A stretch of DNA of 64,000 nt from Octopus sinensis (taxonomy: Eukaryota). The position numbers were made by a program, and so were the translations under genes. Each line of letters starts with the position of its first letter. Position 1 is the stretch's first letter. Positions 12,740 through 25,323 of the stretch are shown piece by piece. The stretch spans positions 7,254,001 through 7,318,000 of the forward strand of contig NC_043016.1 in assembly GCF_006345805.1 (NCBI RefSeq), in the 5' to 3' direction. The notes under the pieces are model-generated. The model saw only the letters and a program-made list of their open reading frames with translations, was not told the origin of the DNA and did not search any database.

Positions 12740-12960
12740 CTACTTGTTTCAGTCATTTGACTGTGGCCATGCTGGAGCACCACCTTAAATGTGTTTTATT
12801 TTAGTCGAAGAAAATCGATCCCCGGGACTTATTCTTTGTAAGCCTAGTACTTATTCCATCGATCTCTTTTGCCAAACCACTAAGTTACGGAGACATAAAC
12901 ACACTAGCATTGGTTGTCAAGCAATGGCAGGGCAACAAATACAGACACACACTCACACAA
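12740..12960 (-). mobile_element. SINE family 'B', 3' half
   Basis: Reverse complement of the family B tail (acttgtttcagtcatttgactgtggccatgctggagcac). Confidence 0.8.
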
Positions 12961-13058
12961 ATATACGTACACAATGGTTGACCAACACAAGCCCTCACCC
13001 CAGACGGATCCCCAGAGAACAGGATACAGTAAGCAGGATCCAAGTCAGAAAATCGAGC

Positions 13059-13072
13059 AAAAAAAAAAAAAA
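13059..13072 (-). terminator. RNA polymerase III poly-T terminator of tRNA-Asp
   Basis: A run of about 14 T on the - strand begins about 10 nt after the tRNA 3' end. Confidence 0.8.
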
Positions 13073-13081
13073 GGATCTCGC

Positions 13082-13153
13082 CTCCCCGGCGGGGAATCGA
13101 ACCCCGGTCTCCCGCGTGACAGGCGGGGATACTTACCACTATACTACCGAGGA
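13082..13153 (-). tRNA. tRNA-Asp (anticodon GTC)
   Basis: The reverse complement TCCTCGGTAGTATAGTGGTAAGTATCCCCGCCTGTCACGCGGGAGACCGGGGTTCGATTCCCCGCCGGGGAG is 72 nt and folds as a complete cloverleaf. It has the CTGTCAC anticodon loop and GTTCGATTC T-loop, and is nearly identical to metazoan tRNA-Asp. Confidence 0.97.
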
Positions 13154-13559
13154 ACTGTAATATTATAGTAATAATTATATTCTCATGAATATAAGATTCA
13201 AACTTGAATGGATGTTCAAATACTTATTCTTAAGATCTCTCCGCATTCAATCATCTTGATGTAAGTTATTCTCCTTTGTCTATTGTTTCAACCGGAACGC
13301 GTGATGATTTACCAATTCTTCAGGATGCCATACGCACACTACCGCTGATAGCTGAATATTAAACTCAGATGGAAATATTTCAATCTTGGCGATTTATTTC
13401 TGGGTTCAAAGAATGCAAACTAGGAACTGAGTTCTCTCCCTTGGCTGCGTACCGTGCATGAAAAAGCAAAAAAAAAAAAACGACGTAGAAATAAGAAAAA
13501 AAGTGGTTTCAAATTTTTACTGACAATTTTAAGACAAGGGGCTTAAGGGTGATTTCATC

Positions 13560-13893
13560 GTCCCCGATATCCAGCTGGTATTTATTTTATCGACCATGAA
13601 AAGATAAGAGCAAAGTCAACCTCGGTAGAGTTTGAATTCAAAATATAAAGATCCGGATAAAGTACCTATTTCTTTACTACCCACAAGGGGCTAAACACAG
13701 AGGGGGACAAACAAGGACAGACAAAGTATTAAGTCGATTACATCGACCCCAGTGCGTAACTGGTACTTAATTTATCGACCCCGAAAGGATGAAAGGCAAA
13801 GTCGACCTCGGAGTAATTTGAACTCAGAATGTAACGGCAGACGAAATACCGCTAAGCATTTTGACCGACTCGCTAACGATTATGCCAGTTCAC
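13560..13893 (-). mobile_element. SINE family 'A' full copy joined to a second partial copy
   Basis: cctatttctttactacccacaagggg...cgctaacgattatgccag, preceded by a further degenerate family A segment. Confidence 0.8.
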
Positions 13894-14741
13894 CATCTTA
13901 AGAGATTTTTTTTCTAGACTTTTTGTCAAGAGGAAGGCAATGTTCGTAATCTTTTATAGGGACTCCAAGACATTGGGGCGGAGAGAAGGGAGAGATGTTT
14001 TAGGAAATTAGAAACTGGACCTAAATGCTTGCAATAGAGCAGACCCTGCCAAAGATACCCAAGGTGTTTGACGCTAGTGCAAAACTGGGCAACGAGTTAA
14101 GTGTACCAGTAGTGTGGGCCATGGCAGGATTTGAAATGAGAATGCTAAGAGCATGACAAATAGCACAAGGCATCCAGTCTTAAGGTTTCACCAATACACC
14201 GCCTTGGCTTCATTCATTTTTATCGGAACGGAAAAGATAAAATGCAAAGTTGACCCCGGTGGAATTTGATCTTAGAACACAGAAAGAGAAATAAGTTTCG
14301 CGAGACATTCTTTTGCTGCTAACGTGTCTGCTAGTTGGCCACCTTTTAAATGCATTAAATACCGTTATCTGGAAAACCGAAAATCGCAGTTGGAGATTAA
14401 ACGGAGATGTTAAAACAGATCGTTTCTGTTTTTGATTTGTACGATTCATGATGTAAGCTCGTGTGTTCAAACAAATTTTGTTGAATCTCGGAAGGGTCAT
14501 TATGCCAATAATAAACACACACACTGGTTCTATTTCATTTCTTTATTAGTTATTAGTGAATTGGTTAATTTATTTAACCAATTAATCAATCGATTGCTTG
14601 ACTAATTGTTTGGCCAGTCAGTCATCAGTCATCGAAGTTTGGTAAAGTCTATTCGCCATTCACGATCCCAGCAATAATTTCTGCAATGTTTTCTCCACTC
14701 CGGATCATCTTCAATTCTAAACAGTGAATATGTTTCTTATT

Positions 14742-14890
14742 GGCGCATGCGTGGCTGTGTGATAAGAAGCTTGCTTCATAACGTAAGGTTCCGGGTTCCA
14801 GTCCTACTGCGTGGCAGCACCACTATATAGTCTCGGGCTGACCAAAGCTTTGTGAGTGTATTTGGTAGGCGAAAACTGAAAGAATCTCGT

Positions 14891-14967
<77 letters not shown>

Positions 14968-15170
14968 AATCTTTTACTTGTTTCAGTTATTTGACTGCGG
15001 CCACGCTGGAACACCGCCTTTAGTCGAAGAAATTGACCCCAAGACTTATTCTTTGTAAGTCTAGTACTTGTTCTATCGGTCTCCTTTGCCGAACCCCTAG
15101 GCTACGGGGGAGTAAACACACCAACACCGGTTGTCAAGCGATGGTAGGAAGACACACACACACAAATATG
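14742..15170. mobile_element. SINE family 'B': 5' half (+) and 3' half (-) around a (TA)n tract
   Basis: The head at 14742-14895 is on the + strand. The tail at 14972-15170 is on the - strand. Confidence 0.7.
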
Positions 15171-15177
15171 CACATGC

Positions 15178-15209
<32 letters not shown>

Positions 15210-15364
15210 TATATAATATATATATATATAATATATATATATTACATACATATAAGAGGGATGACCACTAAGTGGACATCCATTATGCTAGAAGTAGACC
15301 CCCCTTCCCTATGGTCTTACCATTAAGAAAGGATTATTTCTAAATTTTCTTGAGAACAATCCGA

Positions 15365-15637
15365 GTCAAAGTCGATCTCGGCGGAATTTGAACTCAGAAC
15401 GTAGCGGCAGACGAAATACCTATTTCTTTACTACCCACAAGGGGCTAAACTAAGAGAGGACAAACAAGGACAGAAAAACGGATTAAGTCGATTACATCGA
15501 CCCCAGTGCGTAACTGGTACTTAATTTATCGACTCCGAAGTCAACCTCGGAGGAATTTGAACTCAGAAGGTAACGGCAGACGAAATACAGCTTCGCATTT
15601 CGCCCGGCGTGCTAACGATTCTGCCAGCTCGCCGCCT
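15365..15637 (-). mobile_element. SINE family 'A' with tandem partial second unit
   Basis: Junction gacgaaatacc|tatttctttact at about 15420. Confidence 0.8.
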
Positions 15638-16679
15638 TGCTTTTGTAGTAAATTGACGAATAGAACAAATAAGTTACCGAGTTATTGCAAAACGTTTGAC
15701 TCAACACAGGAAATGAATAAATAAATGACATAAACTATTTTCTTTTGTTTAAATAAACACTTTAAAAAGAAAACAAAGAGTAAAGAAAGGAGCCTAGCAG
15801 CGAAAGACGGGGTGGATGGGGTGGATAAAATATAAAAATAATGGAATAAATTGAAACCAGCAAAAGAATAAATGCTTGCTAGCGTTCTGAGAGAGATAAC
15901 ACTTTGGTTTTTCTGTTTTCACTTTTGAAATACCCTTGTTGCCTTTGAAATTCTTTTTTCTTTGATCTCCTGCATATTCTTTTCCGAAACAGTTCTGAGA
16001 TTTATGAATTATTTTATTTATAACATTTAAATACAAAGAAACAGGAAAAACGAACGATAAGAAAAGAAGAAAAAAACGAAAAGCAGTAAAGGTGCGTGGC
16101 AGAAGATAGAAGGGTGGGATGATTGCCCACATATCCCAGAACAAGTGCGGAGAATGGCCTGTGTCATTCACTGCAGCAGCCATTCCAGCTCGCGGGCTAC
16201 ATTTCTTCGACAGGCCGCCCTTATACCTATTTCGCGAAGGAAAACGGTAGTATGGGGTGTCCTAGAAGACATGAAGCCTCGATGGTGACAACACAGAATG
16301 ATAGCGACCGGCCAAGTTCCTGTATTTATTAATTCTTCTCTACGCCGTCTTACAGGCAGTGACACCCGGGTTTCCAGCCAATGCTTCAAGTTTGGAGCCG
16401 GAGAACGCGCCGATGCATCTCGCGTCCCAGACAAGAGATCCGTCTCCCTCGAATGGGAAGTGAGTTATTCCGTCGGGGATAACTACCCAAAAGTCCAACC
16501 CCTCCTCAAAGTGGTAGGGTGGTGTAAACGGGCAGTGTCAGAGCTATGCCGGCAGGAACTTCGGTTCCTGGTAGGGTCACCCAAGGCGGATTGGTCTGGC
16601 ACCGAGCGGTATTAGGGCAGCAGCCTGGCCAACGGGGCTCTGGTGAAAATTCCAAGAGGCGTCTAATCGGCAACCGGCA

Positions 16680-17620
16680 GCTTCGAGGCCGTTCTGTCCC
16701 TGTGTCTGTGGAGACTCTGCAGCAAACAGGGCGTCCCGTCACTCGGGATATGCATGCGGGATATCGGGGACCGCTTGTGAATTCAATATTCCCACGAAAC
16801 TTCTTCTATGAATCCTATGGAACCGCGAATGGCTCGCTATCTTCAGTGACCTCGCACAGGACCGTCGAGCGTGAGCCGCCATGGTTCGTGATGCCGCCAG
16901 GACCAGAGAAGAAGCCGGCTCAACCTGCCCTGGGTGAACGCCGTCACAAGTAGTAAGTACTAAGGTCGAGACCTACTTGGCTCAAGTTTAGACGGGAAGC
17001 CAGCCGCGTCAAGGACACCTCTGATTATTTCACTAGTGCCGGTTGATGAAGAGTGTCTCGCTATTTGGCTGCGAGGCGAAATGGAGGCGGGTAAGGCGGT
17101 GGTGGCCTAGAGATGTCTCTGGCTGCTCGAAGGTCAACTTGCTTCTGATGTCGTCCCAGATGCATTAGACATCCGTATTCTAGGGACGGCGAGCTCATTA
17201 GCAGTCCGTTCGGCTTGTTCTGACTCCTGGGCCACATTTGGCTCGGCTATCTCGTGGAGTGTCTGTCGATAAGGATGCGACCGGAGGAGAGCGAGGGAAG
17301 ATAGGCTGGCCGATCGGAGGCCAAGGTCACCAAATCTAATCTGTTGCCAATGTCGGTTTCGCCAAAACTGACACTACAGTACAGTTTGGCACAGTGCTGG
17401 ATGGTGTTATCGAAATCACTGAAGCGATCATTGAGAGGGGCACATGGCGCACTGCATAGCGAGAAATGTAACTTAGACAGAGTGAAGCAATTCTTTAAGA
17501 AGAAGAAGAGCGGTGGGTACGTGTCTATGAAGTGCAGCTTCTCGGTTATCCTGGGAAAGTCTGCAAGCTTTGGTCTCCAGGCACCCCGTTATGGCTTTCG
17601 AGGCGATTGGGAAGCCAATG
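16680..17620 (-). pseudogene. Degenerate CRE-clade-like (restriction-like endonuclease) non-LTR retrotransposon fragment
   Basis: Manual - strand translation gives, in order, FFLKNCFTLSKLHFSLCSAPC...FSDFDNTIQ, HWQQ-IRFGDLGLRSA, WDDIR, RLHFASQPNS and RHSS...EIIRGVLDAAGFPSKLEP. These match recalled CRE motifs (LLRxCxxxPKLxYxLR; WxQAxLPxRxGGLGIRSA; RHxxLNxIIxRALxxAGxPSxLEP). There are many frameshifts. The segment is a GC/CpG-rich island in AT-rich DNA. Confidence 0.7.
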
Positions 17621-17641
17621 ATGCAGACAAAATTATTCTAT

Positions 17642-18055
17642 GGATCTTTTCAGTTTGAACGGCAGTTTTTTAAAATAATTTCCACGTAACTAAACACTTT
17701 TAAACTTCGTATACTGGTAGAATGTGTTTATAAAACATCTTTTTCTCTTGGCTTTATTGAGAAAATTCTACAGTTTGTAAGATTTTTGTTGTTTTTCTTC
17801 AATTTCTGCAATTTCAACCTATCAATGACGTCTATTTGAGGTGAAAACATTCTGTGCCGTATGAATATGTCCCTCGTTTAAGAAACAGATTGGGTTTATT
17901 TATATTTGTGAAGAAAAAATGATACCCTTCTCCCACCCCTAACCCTAACCCTAAAACAGATTGAAATGCAATAGATCGATACTAGGGTCATAATTATGGG
18001 TGACAATTTCATATGACACCGCTAGAAAAAACTGCCGTTCAAACCGAAAAGATCC
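17642..18055 (+). mobile_element. Merlin-like MITE with internal (CCCTAA)3
   Basis: TIRs ggatcttttcagtttgaacggcagttttt / aaaaactgccgttcaaaccgaaaagatcc, with an 8-bp TSD tattctat / aattctat (7/8 match). Confidence 0.85.
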
Positions 18056-18214
18056 AATTCTATTCTTTTAGTCATTTATCAACCCAGGTGGATGTTGTTA
18101 ATGCTTTGAGTATCCCTTCATCAGGGTCAATCCTAATCATTAAAACAAATTATCAGCTATTCTTGGTTGTCGTTGTTGTTGTTTGTTTGTTTGTTGAGCG
18201 AAGCGGTCTTCGTC

Positions 18215-18587
18215 CCAGAGCTCGCAAGATCGCTCCTCATGATTGTCTGTAGTGGGAGAAGTCCGAATCGTGGTCCTTTGCTATTCGTAAGACCTGCAGA
18301 AGAGAAAGCTGGTCAACCCCCGACACCGGGAGCATCGACGGATGGATGAATGCGCATCCAGGCTCAGCGGTTGCGTAGGAAGTCGGGGACAAGAAACAGG
18401 AAAAAAGAGTGAGAGAAAGTTGGGGCGAAAGAGTACAACAAGGGTCGCCACCACCACCTGCCGGAGCCTCGTGGAGCATTTAGGTGTTTTCGCTCAATAA
18501 ACACACACAACGCCTGGTTTGGGAATCGAAACCACGTTCCTCCAACCACGAGTCCGCTGCCCTAACTACTGAGCCATTGCGCCTCCG
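18215..18587 (-). mobile_element. SINE family 'E'-related copy with tRNA-like head
   Basis: The - strand head ggaggcgcaatggctcagtagttaggg...ggtttcgattccc has A/B boxes. The body is shared with 33022-33235. Confidence 0.7.
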
Positions 18588-18773
18588 TTGTTGTTGTTGG
18601 CGACAACGACGACGAAGACGATGTTAGGTTCTCTCTCAGATTGATGAGATCAACAAGGTGAAGGGTTCAACCTGATCCGGGGCTATGACTATAGCAGAAC
18701 GGTAGGCTCTGGAAGAAAAACCAAAGGGAAGTGTCCAGAGGGGAATACTCTCATAAAAGTACTGAAAGATGGA

Positions 18774-18811
<38 letters not shown>

Positions 18812-19129
18812 TGCGTGCGCATGTTTGAGTATGTTCATGCGCATGCGCGTATACATGCATGCATCTCGCCTGAACGGACTTTGCTAATGTCTACGAGATT
18901 ACTATATTATAAGGGAGATAACTATATTATAAAGTTGGATTATAAAGTGCTTACCTCCCCTGATTCATGAAAATATTTGTATTGCCATTCTTGTAAAACG
19001 TGATTATTACCAAATTTTCGCTATCGGAAAATTTACGAATGATTTCTATATTAATAGACGTAAATACGACAAATAGAACGAAATAAAACAGTTCATGGGC
19101 GCATGGACCGTTGAGTATGTGTATATGTG

Positions 19130-20135
<1,006 letters not shown>

Positions 20136-20996
20136 TCCATCTCTCTTTATTACAACTTTATTCTATCTTTCTCATTTCTCATTTCTCCCTCTGTACATTC
20201 ATTCTTTTGTTTATCCTTCAACTGTTTGTCAGTGTGATTTGGATATTCGAACGAAGGTTGTCAAAATCTCAATTTTTCTTCATCGTTTTCAACAAAGTGA
20301 GTAGTATCTCAATGCTATGCAGAAAAAAAAAGACAAAAACAGAAAAGAAAGGAAAAAATCGATAAGGGATGGTTTTGTTCTTGGAATAATGTTGACCAGT
20401 CTGACATTGAAAATATTTCAAAATAAAGTGCTGGCAAGCCAAGCTCTAAACAGCGTATACAGTCATATTACCATGTATCTCCTGTCCCCCTATCGTACTT
20501 TAGTCTATCATCATTTGGCGTAAAGCCATCTCCTTTATTATTACATCCCACCCAGAGTTTTCTCTTTTGAGTTACTTGGTGACTTTACTAGTCACGATTC
20601 TATAAATTCGCTGGTATCAGGAAGGGCGTTGAGCCGTAGAAACCAAGCCAAAAGAAACAGTGGAGCTCGGCACAGTCCCCTGGCTTCCTAACTCCAATAG
20701 AACTGTTCAACCCATATCAGCATGGAAAATGGACGTTAAATGATGATGATGGTAGTTTATCTAGAGATGTTTGTGTGCACCCGAAATATCTCAGAAAGAG
20801 TATATTTTATCTTAATTGTTTTTGAATATTTATTTTTATACTTACCTTCGGCAGTCCAGTATAATTTTTGTAATATTTGGGACTCTATTTATTAAGGAAA
20901 ATGATTGAACACAATTTTTGTCTGTTATTTCTTGACAAGAAAAAAAACATGGCTTCCGTGACGTCAACATACATACACATATACAGAATACACACA

Positions 20997-21118
20997 CAAT
21001 CTTCAGCTGCATAAAAATATAGAATTTAGTTAAATTCGAAGGATTCATTTTAAGAAAACTATACAAATGAATCCTTCGAATTTAACTAAATTCTATATTT
21101 TTATGCAGCTGAAGATTG
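20997..21118. repeat. Perfect 54-bp inverted repeat with 14-nt spacer
   Basis: 20997-21050 is the exact reverse complement of 21065-21118. Confidence 0.95.
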
Positions 21119-21358
21119 CTCTTCATTTTAAATTGATGTAATATTTGCATTGTTCAATTAAATGGAGTCGTATGAAACGATCGTATTGCGTTACTTATGG
21201 AGATCCTTGTTGCTTATTTTGATTTTAATCACTCCATTTTGAATTATATGGATAATACCATACTAAATTCTGGTGCCTTTAACTTAAGTTCCATATTCAA
21301 CTGAATCTAAATTTTACTGAACTTATATATATATAAACTTCATCATCCTCATCATATT

Positions 21359-21408
<50 letters not shown>

Positions 21409-21454
21409 TATATATTTATATATATATATATATATATATATGTACATATATACA

Positions 21455-22031
21455 CGAGAGGGTGCTGAAAAGTTCCTGGCTTTGGGGATATCACGAAAGG
21501 CCTGGTTGAAGGCCAACCTTCGAGTGCTTTAAAGGGTTTAGAAAAACTGATGGACTGCTGCAAATAAGAGTGTGACTCTGAGAGAGAGAATATTGTTAAT
21601 AATATTTCTTTCTTTCAATAATCCTCAACATGAATCTTGCTCCATTTGTATTGTTTTCCTTTGCTTTTTTTTTGTATTGTTTTCTATTATTTGCTTCCTC
21701 TTCACCTTTGGCTCTTACTTCACCCTTTTCTAAAATCTGGCCCAACTCTTCTCATTATCTTTCCCACTTCATATAATTTATAAATGTCTTTCATTTTCCA
21801 CATATTTCTTTTGATGAAACTCTGTCTGTCCGTCCGTCTGGCTTTAAGGTTATCTCGAAAGGCCTGGTTGAAGGCCCATGCTTCCGAATTCTTTTACAGG
21901 GCTTAGAAAAACTGATGGGCCGTTGTTAATAAGCTTATGAATCCAAGAGAATCCAATGATGTTCAATAAAATCGATTGATCCTCCTCTATTTTCTTTTAC
22001 CCAAAGCCAGGAACTTTTCAGCACACCCTAC
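21455..22031 (+). mobile_element. Non-autonomous mariner-like element
   Basis: TIRs gtgctgaaaagttcctggctttgg / ccaaagccaggaacttttcagcac lie in TA context. A transposase C-terminus-like segment (GLEKLM...) is present twice. Confidence 0.75.
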
Positions 22032-22056
22032 TATATATGCGTATATACATACATAT

Positions 22057-22088
<32 letters not shown>

Positions 22089-22504
22089 ATTATTTTCTTC
22101 TATTTTCGACAATTTCTGTTTTTTTGGTATACTTTTTGAACGTAGATAAGTTCAGCTCTGCGAAAACAATTTTCGCTATTTTACTTTTTAAGTCTCCCTA
22201 AATTTGTCACACATATCAAAAAGGTAAATTTTTATTATTTTACCCGTTTCTTCATATGGCGAGAGAGGGATTTCCCTAAAAAACGAATGAATTCCGATGT
22301 TTTTTTTTGTTTTTTTTTTTGACGGCCAAGTCGTTCAATAACATCAAAAGCTACAAAGAAAACATAATTCACTTTCAAAGTGACACGGTTGGAAATAATA
22401 AAACTTTATCGAAGGACAAACAAAATTGAAAATAAACCAGAAAACACGTTCTTGATTTTTATGCTTGCAAAGAGCTGAATTTACAGGCGATTCCAAAAAT
22501 AAGA

Positions 22505-22600
<96 letters not shown>

Positions 22601-22615
22601 CACATATACATATTA

Positions 22616-23193
22616 CAGGGTTATTCAAAAAGAATGAACCGATTTCATTACGCAATAAGGAAAAGCAATAGAATACTCCAGCTGAGTCACAAATATTTAC
22701 TCACAATCAACTTTTATTTGCAGTGTGGCCACCACCTGCAGCATGGGCAACATCAATGCGATGAGAGAATTCCTCTCAGACGCGGATCAGCATATTACGA
22801 TCCACTGAGTACATCTTTGGCTGCCAGGTTGAATGCTTTATCGAAGTTTTTTCATTTCCTTTCTTTGTCCAATATCTTCTGGAATCGCCTCAAGCAAAGC
22901 AAATTTATTCTTTAGTTCCATTATGAAATTGCTCTTGATAAGCTGATACACGTCTGAGAGGAATTCTCTTATCGCATTGACGTCTGAGAGGAATTCTCTT
23001 ATCGTCTGAGAGGAATTCTCTTATCGTCTGAGAGGAATTCTCTTATCGCATTGACGTTGCCCGTGCTGCAGGTGATGGCCACATTGAACATTTGTAAGAC
23101 AGGAAATAAAAGTTGATTGCGAGGTAAATACCTGGAGTTTTCGATTGCTTTTTCTTATTGCGTAAAGAAATTGGTTCATTCTTTTTGAATAAC

Positions 23194-23197
<4 letters not shown>
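22616..23197. mobile_element. Tc1/mariner-type palindromic MITE built from two transposase 3' ends
   Basis: TA|cagggttattcaaaaagaatgaacc ... ggttcattctttttgaataactctg|TA. The right arm encodes EEFSYRIDVARAAGDGHIEHL*. Internal 22-30-bp tandem repeats lie at 22951-23052. Confidence 0.8.
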
Positions 23198-23227
<30 letters not shown>

Positions 23228-23228
<1 letters not shown>

Positions 23229-23380
23229 GGGAGAGTACGAAAAAAAAAAGACGAAGACAGGTGGTGTACAAAACAAACAGATGTATTAGTATAACGCTCA
23301 GGAATAGAAAAAGTATTTTACGTTTCGAGCCTACGCTCTTCTACTGAAAGGGACACAGAAAAAACAAGGAGAGAAACAAA
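23228..23380 (-). mobile_element. Penelope-like repeat with hammerhead-like motif, copy 3
   Basis: Reverse complement of 8172-8330. Confidence 0.55.
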
Positions 23381-23393
23381 TATATGTATATAT

Positions 23394-23429
<36 letters not shown>

Positions 23430-23433
23430 TATA

Positions 23434-23945
23434 CTAGCAGTATCGCCCGGCGTTGCTCGGGTTTGTAAGGGGGAAATAACTATATAAGCATTTTTAGAGA
23501 GTTACTTCCCTTATAGATGCCAATTCGGGCTTCTTAGCCATTTGTTTTGGTGTCTTCAAGCCATGAAGTCGTTCTAAAAGAACGCTGGTCTCCTTGACAA
23601 CGCTTTACGACGTTGATTTCCTTACACTCCCTTCCCACAGCTTCACGAGGGGAGGAAGAAGGAGGGGAGAAGCCAAACAGGTGCAGGTGTGACCATGGAC
23701 GCCAACTCCGCCCGCCATCGACACACGAAAAATTATGCATTAAAATGGAATAAAAAATGATGTTAAATTATTTTTTAAATCGTAGACTCATCGTAGACGC
23801 GCGCTAATACTCGACGGGCTCGATATGAATCACGACTATAAGATACCCGAATTTGGTTAAACTGCACCGCAAAATGTGGGAGTAGTTAGGAATCTAAATC
23901 GAAGGGGACAGACACTCACACAACTACAGTTTTATATATATATAT
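23434..23945 (-). mobile_element. Non-autonomous Helitron-like element
   Basis: The - strand 3' end is a cccgagcaacgccggg hairpin followed by CTAG|T. The 5' region tatataaaactg...tgtctgtc resembles the other copies. Confidence 0.7.
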
Positions 23946-24092
23946 AATACTATATATATAATATGTGTGTGTGTGTATGTATGTATGTATGTATGTTGTA
24001 CGTATGTATGTATGTATGTATGTATGTATGTATGTATGCATGTATGTATGTATGTATGTCTGTGTGTGTGCGTATGTATGTATGTATATATA

Positions 24093-25323
24093 TACTGGAC
24101 AAAATAATGGAAACACCTAGCATATAGGCAGCAATAATTTTGAATATCTATAAAACCGTTAAAAGCTTATTTTTTTTACGCTTTTTGATATATTATTAGA
24201 GTTGCTTACTACGGTTTGCTAAAATTGCTGTTTCTGTTCAGATATCATCAGACAAAGGTAATCAAAATTCATTAAAATGGCAGATCTAACAGATTTTCAA
24301 AGAGGTCAAATTGTTGGTGCTCGTATGGCAGGCGCTAGCGTAACGAAAAAAGATGTTTGATGTATCAAGAAGTACTGTCTCGAAAGTAATGACAGCCTTT
24401 GTGAAAAGGGGGAAAAACAAAACTTCGGAAGAAACCAAAACTTTCAGATAGGGACCGTCGGACTTTTACTCGAATTGTAAGAAAGGATCACAAAAGTACA
24501 GCTCCAAAAAATTACTGCAGAGCTAAATGACCACCTCGAGAATCCAGTTTCCACAAAACTGCTCGCCGGGAGCTGCACAAAGCCGGATTTCATGGGAGGG
24601 CTGCAATCAGAAAACCACTACTTTCAAAAACAGACGTTGCAAAGCATTTCGAGAGGAGTAAAAACCTACAGAATTGGTCCCTAGAGTAGTGGAAGAATGT
24701 TATTTTCTAGGACGAGTCATCCATTACCTTATTTCCGACCACCGGCCGAGTATACGTGTGGAGACAGCCAAAAGAAGCATTTGACCTAGACTGCCTTCTT
24801 CCAACATGGAGGAGGATCTGTGGTTTTCTGGGGGACTATGTCTTGGAAACCGTCGGCCCAATGGTTTCTCTTTATGGCAGAATTAATAGTCAAGACTATT
24901 CAATCAAATTCATACTATGGTTGCGGAACTGTTTCCGGAAGGAACAAAATCTTTAGGATGATATGATGATAATGCCCAATTCACACAGCTCTAAAGTTGT
25001 TACTGAATGGCACGGGGAAACATTCTAGTGAGTTGAGCATGTTATCTGGCCACCACAGTCCCCAAATCTCAATATTATTGAACATTTATGGTGCATTTTA
25101 GAAAAACAAATAAGGAGTCAATCTCCTTCACCATCATCACTACAAGAAACTGGAGAGTTTTAGCTGAAGAAGAATGACCAAAAATCCTTTGGAAACAATT
25201 CAGACTGTGTACAAGTCCGATACCTCATAGAATTCAAGCTGTAATTACTGCCAAAGCAGTCCTACACCATATCAAAATAAATTTGTTTGATAAGGTGTTT
25301 CCATCATTTCATCCAACCCCCTA
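24093..25323 (+). mobile_element. Tc1-like DNA transposon, inactive
   Basis: TIRs tggacaaaataatggaaacacc / ggtgtttccatcatttcatcca lie in TA context and enclose a decayed transposase. Confidence 0.9.
24277..25275 (+). pseudogene. Tc1 (DD34E-type) transposase pseudogene
   Basis: Starts MADLTDFQRGQIVGARMAGASVTK. Catalytic-region motifs are VIF*DES, DDNA and WPPQSPNLNIIEHLW. It has multiple stops and frameshifts. Confidence 0.9.

Noticed and set aside
12789-13168. ORFs overlapping the tRNA (MVSIPACHAGDRGSIP...)
   Set aside because: These are spurious translations of tRNA-Asp and a SINE.
17937-17954. Telomere or chromosome-fusion relic
   Set aside because: There are only three units, and they lie inside a TIR/TSD-bounded MITE.
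22951-23052. CRISPR-like short repeat array (also 53078-53280)
   Set aside because: The repeats are head-to-tail with no unique spacers, there are no cas genes, and the context is eukaryotic.
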